Source of the DNA: Anaerolineae bacterium
Lineage (GTDB): Bacteria > Chloroflexota > Anaerolineae > Aggregatilineales > Aggregatilineaceae
NCBI GenBank assembly: GCA_034429275.1
Contig: DAOUFU010000013.1
Span: 3,313-67,312 of the forward strand
DNA: 64,000 bases
Direction of reading: 5' to 3'
The notes under the pieces are model-generated. The model did no database searches. It was not told the DNA's origin and worked only from the letters and a program-made list of their open reading frames with translations. The first letter of the stretch is position 1. Every line of letters begins with the position of its first letter. The position numbers and the translations under genes are program-made. Shown here piece by piece: positions 55,087-63,750 of the stretch.

Positions 55087-56195
55087 TGGCATACCGTCCT
55101 GAGACCACTGTGATCATGGGCATGGCGCGCATCCTGCGCGACCGATCCCTTCCCCCAAAGGCTATCTCGCGCCCGGTCCACACCCTCACCGGCCAGAAAG
55201 TCGAGGCCAGCACGGTGGTGCTGGAAGGCGACATGCTGAGCGATTATCACGTTATCGATGCCGCCGCACATTTCCGCCTGCGCGACCTGCCGATGCTCGC
55301 CAGCATGATCCACGTCGGCGTAGGGGACCGGGTGACCAAGGGGCAAGAACTGGCCTCGCGGCGCAAAGGACGCGGCCCCAAAACGCTGCTCTCGCCTATC
55401 GATGGCATCGTGGTGCGGGTGGATGGCGGGCAGATCACGCTGCAAGAAAGCGCCGCCCAGATCGAACTGCTGGCGCGCATCCCCGGCGAAGTGGAAGTCC
55501 TGGAATCGGGCACGGTGCGTGTGACTACCAGCGGCGCGATCATCCAGTGTGCCTGGGGCAACGGCAAGTTTGTCTATGGGACGTTTCGCTTCTTGCCGGA
55601 TGATGGTTTCGCTGGCCTCAGCCGCGAGGACGTGCGCATCTCGCAGTACCGCGGCGTGGTTATCATCAGCCCCATCCCCATCGACAAAGGCGATCTGCTG
55701 GTCGCCCAACAGCAAGAGCTGAGCGGCGTGGTGGCCCCCAGTATGCCCGCCTACTTGCGCGAATTCGCGATGGGGCTTACATTTCCCGTAATTGTAACAG
55801 AAGGATTCGGCCAGCGGCGGTCTACCGCGTTGATCTATCACCTGTTGCAGAGTAACATCGGGCGTCAGGCGACCTTTGACGCGGTCATCCCCGATCCCTG
55901 GTCGGCAGACCGGCCTGAGATCGTCATTCCGCTGCCGTCAGGGGGCATTCTGCCGCCAACACCGGCCTTTGACCTGCCTTTAGAGACTGGTGCGCAAGTG
56001 CGTATCACACGCGCGCCCTGGGATGGATTGCTGGGTGAGATTGTGGAGCTGCCGCAGGCTCCGCAACTCGTCGATAATGGGCTGCGGCTGCCGTGCGCCC
56101 AGGTACGGCTGCCGGACAACCGGACCGTGACCGTCCCCCTGGCGAACCTCGAACTGCTGGGGACGTTGGGTGGGGCGCGGAGCACGGGCCAATAG
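55086..56195 (+). CDS. Hypothetical protein with barrel-sandwich-hybrid (lipoyl/HlyD-like) hairpin and KOW/SH3-like C-terminus
   Basis: The start overlaps the upstream stop (TAATG). VGVGDRVTKGQELA...SPIDGIVVRVDGGQITLQ resembles a barrel-sandwich hybrid. GAQVRITRAPWDGLLGEIVEL resembles a KOW motif. No TM helix. Confidence 0.6.
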   Translation: MAYRPETTVIMGMARILRDRSLPPKAISRPVHTLTGQKVEASTVVLEGDMLSDYHVIDAAAHFRLRDLPMLASMIHVGVGDRVTKGQELASRRKGRGPKTLLSPIDGIVVRVDGGQITLQESAAQIELLARIPGEVEVLESGTVRVTTSGAIIQCAWGNGKFVYGTFRFLPDDGFAGLSREDVRISQYRGVVIISPIPIDKGDLLVAQQQELSGVVAPSMPAYLREFAMGLTFPVIVTEGFGQRRSTALIYHLLQSNIGRQATFDAVIPDPWSADRPEIVIPLPSGGILPPTPAFDLPLETGAQVRITRAPWDGLLGEIVELPQAPQLVDNGLRLPCAQVRLPDNRTVTVPLANLELLGTLGGARSTGQ

Positions 56196-56209
56196 CGCGG
56201 AGGACTTAT

Positions 56210-57904
56210 ATGCCAGACGATGACCTGTTTCGCGATGATTTGTTTCCCGAAGACGAGAGTGAATTCTTTGACGACCTGGCCAGCGAAGAGCCATTTTTCC
56301 CTGGCGAAGAGGATGAGTTCCCCTTCGATATGGACGAATCCGCCCAAGAGCAGGGAGGGGTCAGCCGGGCCTTCAAGATTCTCGGTGGGCTGCTGCTGGT
56401 AGCAGCCATCGGCGTAGTCGCGCTGGTGATCTGGTTGGTGCTCGGAAGCGACCAGGGCCCCACCGACAACGAGAGCACCTCGACGGCAGTGATTGCCACC
56501 AATACGGCGGTTCAGATTGCCTATCAGAACACGGTGACGGCCCAGGCATTAATGGTTCAAGCCACCGAAAATGCCGTCCAAACGCAAATCGCGCTCGCAA
56601 CCGCGACTGAAAACGCCTTCCAGACTCAGCAGGCCGTCGCAGCCACCAGCGCCGCCCAAACGGCCACGGCTGAGTTCATTGCCAGCCAGACGGCCCAGGC
56701 TGCCGCCACGCAGACGGCGATTGTGCAGGCCACCCAGGCCGAAGCGGAGCGGCTGCTGCGCATCATCAAGGGTCAGCTGGTCGGCGAAGGCGAACTGAGC
56801 TTTGCCAATGCAACCCTGCGGCTCTACCGCGACGATGGCAACGGCGAGTTCAACCCGGCGGCTGGTGCTGCCATTCCCACGCCAGCGCCTCTGACCGGTG
56901 CGAGCACGGCTGTGCCGCTCCCGGCAGCCCAGGCAACGACCGTCCCGGTGAATACCATCACCTACGGCGCGACCGTGGAAGGACTGCTCGAAGGGAACGC
57001 GCCCGACCTGTGGTATTTCTCCGGTAAATCGGGCGACGTGGTAACGGTCAGCGCCGTGGCGGCCAACAGTATGCAGACCGATATGTTCCTCGACCTGAAG
57101 GGGCCAAGCGGAAGTTCGCTGACGACAGACGACGACTCCGGCGGCAATTTCAACGCGTCGATCATCGCCTATGAGCTGCCCGCGACCGGCAACTATGTGA
57201 TCGAAGTCAGCAGCGTCTCTGGCCCCGGTGCGTATACACTGTCGCTGGAACTGGGCGGGCCTGCTTCTGCCCCAGGGGCTAACCCGGCCCCCACTGCCGA
57301 AACGGGCGGCGTGAGCTATGTGCCGCGCGCGGCAGGGCTGAACATCGGCGCGATCGAGGTGGCTGCCCAGGGCAACACCACGCCGGTCCCGACCAATACA
57401 CCTCAGCCTGCAGGCGGCGATGAAGCCGTCAGTGAGCTGATCGTGCCGCAGGATGGGTCGTTCGATTTTGGCGAAATGGAAGAAGGCACTTACTGGATCG
57501 AGATCGACTACGACTCGCTGTCACCGGCGCTTCAGGCCCTGTATCCGCCTGGCCAGCCGATCATCTTCCAGGTGATTGTGCCCACATCGGGAGAACCGAT
57601 CATCATCAGGCCGCCTGTGCCCGGCGCAACGCCCACATCTACAGCCACCGCCACCCCGGCAGGCCCCTCGGCCACGCCCGGCGGCGAATCGCCAACCCCG
57701 TCTGGACCGGTGACAATTACCCCTTCGCCCGAACCTGGCACTCCGGCCACACCGGCTGCCCTGCCGACCACTGGCTTCTTTGGTGACATCGGCGACTCGA
57801 CGGGCGCGCTGGAGGGATCGAGCGGGCTGATGATCCTGGCGATTGCCGCAGTGGGGCTGGTTGCTGTAGTGTTCATCGCACGGCGGCTGCGCACATCTGG
57901 CTAA
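56210..57904 (+). CDS. Surface protein with N-terminal acidic cytoplasmic tail plus TM anchor, Q/A/T-rich stalk, PPC-like beta-domain and C-terminal LPXTG-type sorting signal
   Basis: GGAGGA RBS. N-terminus is MPDDDLFRDDLFPEDESEFFDD, followed by TM ILGGLLLVAAIGVVALVIWLVL. ATENA[VF]QTQ repeats are present. The pre-peptidase-C-terminal-like segment is YGATVEGLLEG...GNYVIEVSS..GAYTLSLE. The C-terminus has LPTTG (57761-57775), a hydrophobic helix and an RRLRTSG tail. Confidence 0.7.
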   Translation: MPDDDLFRDDLFPEDESEFFDDLASEEPFFPGEEDEFPFDMDESAQEQGGVSRAFKILGGLLLVAAIGVVALVIWLVLGSDQGPTDNESTSTAVIATNTAVQIAYQNTVTAQALMVQATENAVQTQIALATATENAFQTQQAVAATSAAQTATAEFIASQTAQAAATQTAIVQATQAEAERLLRIIKGQLVGEGELSFANATLRLYRDDGNGEFNPAAGAAIPTPAPLTGASTAVPLPAAQATTVPVNTITYGATVEGLLEGNAPDLWYFSGKSGDVVTVSAVAANSMQTDMFLDLKGPSGSSLTTDDDSGGNFNASIIAYELPATGNYVIEVSSVSGPGAYTLSLELGGPASAPGANPAPTAETGGVSYVPRAAGLNIGAIEVAAQGNTTPVPTNTPQPAGGDEAVSELIVPQDGSFDFGEMEEGTYWIEIDYDSLSPALQALYPPGQPIIFQVIVPTSGEPIIIRPPVPGATPTSTATATPAGPSATPGGESPTPSGPVTITPSPEPGTPATPAALPTTGFFGDIGDSTGALEGSSGLMILAIAAVGLVAVVFIARRLRTSG

Positions 57905-57969
57905 GATTGCAGGTGCGCGCGTTGCACCAGATCGGCGAATAGGTTACACTCCGCGTTAGTGTTGTTCAG

Positions 57970-57996
57970 GGGCGATCCATCAGGATCGCCCTTTAT
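57970..57996 (+). terminator. Terminator of the 47-58 kb operon
   Basis: GGGCGATCC-atca-GGATCGCCC is followed by TTTAT. It lies 65 nt after the stop at 57904. Confidence 0.55.
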
Positions 57997-58038
57997 CCAG
58001 TCTTAATCATCTCTGCCCGGTCAAAACGATCTCGAACG

Positions 58039-59439
58039 GTGATTCCTGGTATGTCTTCGACACCTTCGCGCGTGGCACGCTGCCGACCCCATGATGTGGT
58101 GGCGATTGTCGATTTGCTGGCAGTCGGTCAACCGGTCGCCGTAGTGGGACTCAGCAACTTCGGCAAATCGACCCTGATGCGCCAGATGGTCGAGCCGAAA
58201 GTCGGCGCAGCCTATCGAGACATGACCGGGCGCGAGGCGCTGTTCGTCTACGTCGATTGCAACCGGATGCTCGAAATGAGCGCGCAGGGACTCTACGAAG
58301 CCATCCTGCGGGCGATTCTCGAAGCGCTCACCGGCGATCCTGGCCAGGCGGCACTCAGCGGCACGCTGACGGAACTCTATGGCAAAGTCGTCGAGTCGCG
58401 CAGCACGTTTGCGATCCCGCTCGCGTTCAACGACGCCATCATCGCGCTGCTGGAGGACCCGGCTCAGCGTGATGTGATCCTGCTGCTGGACGAGTTCGAC
58501 GACGTGCTGACCGGCCTGGAAGAGCGCGTGTTCCTGAATTTCCGCGCCCTGAAGGACAAATACACTCACCGGCTCAATTACGCGATCGCCACCCTGCGCC
58601 CGCCTTCGGCGGTGGGCGGCGGCGATAATCTCAACGAGTTTCTCGAACTCTTCGCCGCCCAGAAATATCACCTGAAGCCGCTCAGCCCGGAGGATGCCGC
58701 CGCCGTGGCAGCGGAGATATTCGAGCAGGCGGGCGACCATCTCGATCCCTGGGAAAGGGAGTTCATCCTGGCCCAGGCGGGCGGGCACCCAGGGCTGATT
58801 CGTGCGGCCTCACACGTGGTCATGGAAGTAGAGTCCGGCGTGCCAGCGACCTACACCCAGCAGGCGCTGGATGTGGCCAGCGACGTGTGCCAGAACCATC
58901 CGCTGGTGCGCGGCGAGCTAAGCCGCCTGTGGCAGCATCTGCTGCCCCACGAACGTGAGGCGGCGACTCAGGCAGCAGCACACGGGATCGCCAGCCTATC
59001 CGACGATCAGCGTTCCCTGCTGGTCACGCGCGGGCTGCTGGTCGAAAGCGGCACGTCAGCCCGCCTGTTCGCCGACCTGTTTGCTCACTATGCCCGCCGA
59101 CAAGGACTGGTGCATCACAACGCGCCCCAGGGCGTGTGGATCGATGTGGATGCAGGGACGGCTCAGGTCAATGGCCGGGTGGTGGATTCGCTGACCGATC
59201 TCGAATACCGCCTGCTGCTGCTGCTCTATGGGCGCGTTGACAAAATCTGCGACAAGTACCAGATTGTCGAAGCGGTATGGGGGCAGGATTATCTGGGTGA
59301 GGTAGATGACGCCCGTGTTGAGAAACTGGTGAGCAGGCTGCGCGCCAAACTGGAACCGGACCCCGCCAACCCGCGCTATATCATCACCGTGCGGGGCCGG
59401 GGATATAAACTGGACCAGGGCGGCAGCCTGGAGGAATGA
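58039..59439 (+). CDS. P-loop NTPase (AAA/STAND-like) fused to a C-terminal OmpR/PhoB-type winged-helix DNA-binding domain
   Basis: Walker A is VVGLSNFGKST and Walker B is ILLLDEFDD. The C-terminal part is LTDLEYRLLLLLYGRVDKICDKYQIVEAVWG...VEKLVSRLRAKLEPDPANPRYIITVRGRGYKL (trans_reg_C-like). Start is GTG 58039 or ATG 58051. Confidence 0.7.
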   Translation: MIPGMSSTPSRVARCRPHDVVAIVDLLAVGQPVAVVGLSNFGKSTLMRQMVEPKVGAAYRDMTGREALFVYVDCNRMLEMSAQGLYEAILRAILEALTGDPGQAALSGTLTELYGKVVESRSTFAIPLAFNDAIIALLEDPAQRDVILLLDEFDDVLTGLEERVFLNFRALKDKYTHRLNYAIATLRPPSAVGGGDNLNEFLELFAAQKYHLKPLSPEDAAAVAAEIFEQAGDHLDPWEREFILAQAGGHPGLIRAASHVVMEVESGVPATYTQQALDVASDVCQNHPLVRGELSRLWQHLLPHEREAATQAAAHGIASLSDDQRSLLVTRGLLVESGTSARLFADLFAHYARRQGLVHHNAPQGVWIDVDAGTAQVNGRVVDSLTDLEYRLLLLLYGRVDKICDKYQIVEAVWGQDYLGEVDDARVEKLVSRLRAKLEPDPANPRYIITVRGRGYKLDQGGSLEE

Positions 59440-59562
59440 GGGTGGGCAGTTCATGAGGGTAAGCATGAACAGCCTTGCAGGTGTGATGGTGGGCCACATT
59501 CTGGATATGATCGGGTTTTCCCGCGTGCTTTGGCACGATGTTCCGCAACAGGCATTCTGTAG

Positions 59563-62500
59563 ATGATGTACTGGCTTCTGCTTCTGATCGGCCTGTATGC
59601 TGCCCTGGCCTCGACCATCTGGCAGCATCACCCGCGCAGCATCTCCAATGCGATCCTGGCGGTGTATATTGCGCTGGCCGCTGTCTTTGCGGCGGGCCTG
59701 CTCATTGTCGGCACAACCGCCGAACATGCTACCGCCGAAGTGGGCGGATTTTTGGTAATGGCCGCTTCGGGATGGCTGCACTGGCTTGTGCTGCCCCTGG
59801 CGCTAACGGGCCTGTTATTTGAGTCGTGGCTGCGTGCTCACTGGCGCGCGATTGTAATGGTCACGGGGGCAATAGGCGTCGCCATCCTGGCCATCGTGGC
59901 GATGGGGTCGCCAGTCGAGATCGAAGCAGGCCGAAATGCGCTCCAGTGCCCTTTGCGTGGAGTGTGTGATACCCCAGGGGTAGCGGCACTGGGAATTTTC
60001 ACCAGCCAGGTTGGCCTATGGATTGTCGCATTCCTGGGGTGGCGGCACGGGCGCATTGCCCTGTGGTTCGAGGCCGTACCGCTGATGGTAGCGGCACTGG
60101 TGGCGGCCCTGCTGCCGATTGTGGTGGAGTGGGTCCCGGTCCAGCGGCAGATCGGCCTGCTAGCCCTTAGCTCGATGCCCCCTGTGCTCGCGCTGGCCAG
60201 CGTGGTGCTGGTCAACAGCCGCCGTGTTGCACGCGCGGCCTGGCTGGAACATGAACTGGCTCACCTGAGCGAAGCCGCGCTGGTGATCGACAGTGACCAG
60301 CATGTGATCTGGCAGAATGCCGCTGCGCTGCGCTGGCTGGGCGGCAGCCCACCCGGCGCGATGACCGCGCGTCATCTTGCCGATGTGATTGTGCCTGCCG
60401 AACTGCAGGATATGCTTAGCCGAATGCTGGCCGAGCGAATCCCGGCAGCAGAACTGCGCGTGGAGATGAACCACGAGGACCTGGTCTTACTGGTGGCAAA
60501 CCAACCGTTGGAAGCCGCCGCCAACCTGCCCAATGCCCGCCTGATCACCCTGAGCGATATGACAGCCTCGCGCATACGCCGCGATCTGCAAGAGCGCAGC
60601 CGCGAACTGCTGGCGCTCAGCCGGGTGAGTTCCGACATCGCTTCATCGCTAGATGTCACCCAGGTTGTTGCCCATGCGTTGAACCAGATTGTGACCCTCT
60701 TCCCGGCGGATTGGGTGTTGATCTACCTGACAGACCAGGACAATCCCCAGGTGCTGCGGCTGATCGACGAAGTCCACCAGAACGGCGCGACCGCGCTCTT
60801 TCCGGCAGTGATCGACCTTCGGAATCAATCGGAACTCCACGCGATTGTGGGAGGCGGTGAACCCGTATATGTGGCCGATGCCAACGAGTCGCCGTATGCC
60901 AGTCAGCTGGCCGCACTCAGTATCCAGTCAGCAGCCGTGATCCCGGCGCGCGCGTCGGATTACCTGACCTGCGCGCTGATCATGGCGTACCGCGCTCCGC
61001 ATTCCTACGACGCGGTGGAATGTGCGATCCTCGAAAGCATCGGGCAGCAGGTGGCGGTCGCCGTGCGCAATGCACGCCTGCACGAACGCGAGCGCCGTCA
61101 GCGCCAGATCGCCGAAACCTTGAGCCAGGTCGCGGGCGTTTTGGGCAATGTCAACCTGACAACGGCACTGCAAGACCTGTTGGCCCGGCTGTCGAGGTTG
61201 GTGGCCTTCGAGTGTGCTACCGTAATGCTCAACGACTCGCCGGGATGGCTGCGAATCGCGGCGGCAGAAGGGTTGATCGAGACCGAATCGCCCGATGTGT
61301 TGACCGAAATGCGGATCGAGATCAACGCCTATCACTATCTGCGACAACTGCTGGAGCATGGCGCGCCACAGTTGGTCAGCGATACCCGCACCGCTCCCTT
61401 CTGGGGCGCGAAGGGCTGCACGATTGGCTCGTGGATCGGCGTGCCTCTGATCGTGCGCCAGCAGGTCCTGGGCTGTTTCAGCCTGACCCACAGCCAGCCG
61501 GGTTTCTTTTCGGACGATGATCTGCAAATGGCATCCACCTTTGCCGCGCAGGCAGCCATCGCCGTGGAGAATGCCCAGTTGTTCCAGCGCGAACAACAGC
61601 GCCGCGAACAGGCCGAGCTGCTCTACCAGGTATCGCACAACCTGGTCACCAGCGCCGATCTCGACAGCGCGCTGCGTGGAGTGCTGGTGGACCTGGCGCG
61701 CATCTGCCCGTTCGACCGCGCACATATCGGGCTGCTCAACGCGAATGGCACGACGTGGGTGCCGCGCGCTATCTATCCCACCGACGCCGCGCCCCCTCGC
61801 GATGGAGTTGTGCCCGTCGAATCCTACCCGCTGATCGAGCAGGTGATCACCACTCGCCAGTCGCTGCTGGTGAACGATACCCGCCAGCACCCCTTGTGGA
61901 AAGCCGGACATTCTGAACTGCATGAAGTCCGGTCATGGCTGGGAATTCCGCTGGTGGTACGCGACCGAATTGTGGGCATTTTCAACATCGACAGTTTCAG
62001 CCCGAACCAATTCACCGAAGAATGCCTGCGAATTGTCCATACGTTCAGCGTGCAGGTTTCGGGCGTGGTAGAGATGTTCCGCCTGCTGGAAGAGGCAGAC
62101 CGCCGGTTAGGGCATCTGCGGCTGGTCAATGAAGTCGGGCGCTATACTGCCGCGATCTTGCGCGTGCGAACCCTGATCGACAGCGTGGCCGCGCGCCTGT
62201 TTAGCCGCCTGGGCTACCACCAGATCAGCCTGACCCAGGTTGAAGGCGGCGAGCTTTCTGTGCTGGCGGTATACATCAACGGCAGCTACGTGCAGCCCGC
62301 CAACGATGGGTATCCGGCCCCATGTGTGAATACCCAGCGAGCCTATGAGCAGGCGGTGCCGATATGGGTGCAAGCTGACCCCACCGCTGCTTCCCAGCCT
62401 GATTCCAGGCACACAAAGGGCACCAGCTCGATTCTCGCTGTACCGATGATCCTGGCAGACGAAGTGATCGGCGTGCTGACGGTAGAACGGCGCAGCCCTC

Positions 62501-63750
62501 AATTCATCTCGCAGGAAGATATCGACCTGCTCGAACCGCTCAGTGCCCAACTGGCGATCTCAGTCTCCAACGCGCGCTTGTTCGAAAAGGTACGCCAGCA
62601 GGCGCTCGAACAAGAGCGGCGCGTGATCGAGCGCACACACCAGATTCGTCAGCAACAGGAGCACACGGAAGCGATCCTTAGTTCGGTTGCCGACGCCGTG
62701 ATCGTGCTCGATCTGCATGGGCAGGTGATCAAGGTCAACCGGGCAGCACGCGAATTGTTCGAACACTATGATCTGGAAATCAACCTGGGCGCGCACATCA
62801 CCGCACTGGTCGAGCGCGCGCAGGCCCAGGAGACCAGCGGAGAGAGCGAAATCGGCAGCCTGTTCACCGAAGAGATCGAAGTCGGGGCGATTGTGCTACA
62901 GGCGAAAGCAGCGCGAGTCCGTGCGGGTGATGAACTGCTGGGCACAGTGATTGTGCTGCGCGACATTTCGGCGCTGAAAGAACTGGACCGAACGCGCGAT
63001 ACGTTTGTGTCGCACGTCTCGCACGAACTGCGCACCCCGCTGGCCAATGTCAAGCTGTACCTCTCTCTGCTGGAAAAAGGCCGACCCGAACGCCGCGCCG
63101 ATTATCTAGGCGTGATCCAGACCGAGATCGACCGGCTGGAGCGGCTGATCACCGATCTGCTACAGCTCTCGCGCCTGCGCGCCGAATATCATGGCGAGCG
63201 CGAGCCTGTGCGCGACGTGATCCAGATGGATGCCTTGATCCAGCAGGTATTGGACGCCAACAGCGCGCGCGCTGAAGAACAAAACAAACATCTGACCTAC
63301 GAACCGCAATCCGGGCCGCTGCCACAGTTGGTGGGCAATGCCGATCACCTGGTGCGAGCGCTGACCAACCTGATCGGCAACGCGATCAGTTACACACCGG
63401 AAGGTGGCTCAATTGTCGTGCGTAGCAAGGTTGTACAGCGTGGCGAGCACGCCAGTTCAGAATGGGTTATGATTGAAGTATCAGACACCGGCCTGGGGAT
63501 TCCTTCCGATGAACTGCCGATGATCTTCGACCGGTTCTATCGTGGTTCCAACGTACGTACATCGATTCCGGGCACCGGGTTGGGGCTGGCGATCATTAAG
63601 GAGATCGTAGAACTACATGGTGGTACAATTGAGGTTGATAGTGAGCTAGGGCGCGGCTCAACGTTCAAGTTGGCGTTGCCCGTGGGGTTAGTGGAGGAGC
63701 TTGAGGGTGTCGCAGAACAACACGGAGAAAACAACGATCTTAGTGGTTGA
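59563..63750 (+). CDS. Giant sensor histidine kinase (N-terminal ~7-TM block, PAS, multiple GAF, PAS, HisKA, HATPase_c)
   Basis: 1395-aa ORF. H-box is SHELRTPLANV, N-box is NLIGNAISYT, G1 is DTGLGIP and G2 is GTGLGLAI. Several GAF-like modules end in AVENAQLF / AISVSNARLF. Confidence 0.85.
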   Translation: MMYWLLLLIGLYAALASTIWQHHPRSISNAILAVYIALAAVFAAGLLIVGTTAEHATAEVGGFLVMAASGWLHWLVLPLALTGLLFESWLRAHWRAIVMVTGAIGVAILAIVAMGSPVEIEAGRNALQCPLRGVCDTPGVAALGIFTSQVGLWIVAFLGWRHGRIALWFEAVPLMVAALVAALLPIVVEWVPVQRQIGLLALSSMPPVLALASVVLVNSRRVARAAWLEHELAHLSEAALVIDSDQHVIWQNAAALRWLGGSPPGAMTARHLADVIVPAELQDMLSRMLAERIPAAELRVEMNHEDLVLLVANQPLEAAANLPNARLITLSDMTASRIRRDLQERSRELLALSRVSSDIASSLDVTQVVAHALNQIVTLFPADWVLIYLTDQDNPQVLRLIDEVHQNGATALFPAVIDLRNQSELHAIVGGGEPVYVADANESPYASQLAALSIQSAAVIPARASDYLTCALIMAYRAPHSYDAVECAILESIGQQVAVAVRNARLHERERRQRQIAETLSQVAGVLGNVNLTTALQDLLARLSRLVAFECATVMLNDSPGWLRIAAAEGLIETESPDVLTEMRIEINAYHYLRQLLEHGAPQLVSDTRTAPFWGAKGCTIGSWIGVPLIVRQQVLGCFSLTHSQPGFFSDDDLQMASTFAAQAAIAVENAQLFQREQQRREQAELLYQVSHNLVTSADLDSALRGVLVDLARICPFDRAHIGLLNANGTTWVPRAIYPTDAAPPRDGVVPVESYPLIEQVITTRQSLLVNDTRQHPLWKAGHSELHEVRSWLGIPLVVRDRIVGIFNIDSFSPNQFTEECLRIVHTFSVQVSGVVEMFRLLEEADRRLGHLRLVNEVGRYTAAILRVRTLIDSVAARLFSRLGYHQISLTQVEGGELSVLAVYINGSYVQPANDGYPAPCVNTQRAYEQAVPIWVQADPTAASQPDSRHTKGTSSILAVPMILADEVIGVLTVERRSPQFISQEDIDLLEPLSAQLAISVSNARLFEKVRQQALEQERRVIERTHQIRQQQEHTEAILSSVADAVIVLDLHGQVIKVNRAARELFEHYDLEINLGAHITALVERAQAQETSGESEIGSLFTEEIEVGAIVLQAKAARVRAGDELLGTVIVLRDISALKELDRTRDTFVSHVSHELRTPLANVKLYLSLLEKGRPERRADYLGVIQTEIDRLERLITDLLQLSRLRAEYHGEREPVRDVIQMDALIQQVLDANSARAEEQNKHLTYEPQSGPLPQLVGNADHLVRALTNLIGNAISYTPEGGSIVVRSKVVQRGEHASSEWVMIEVSDTGLGIPSDELPMIFDRFYRGSNVRTSIPGTGLGLAIIKEIVELHGGTIEVDSELGRGSTFKLALPVGLVEELEGVAEQHGENNDLSG

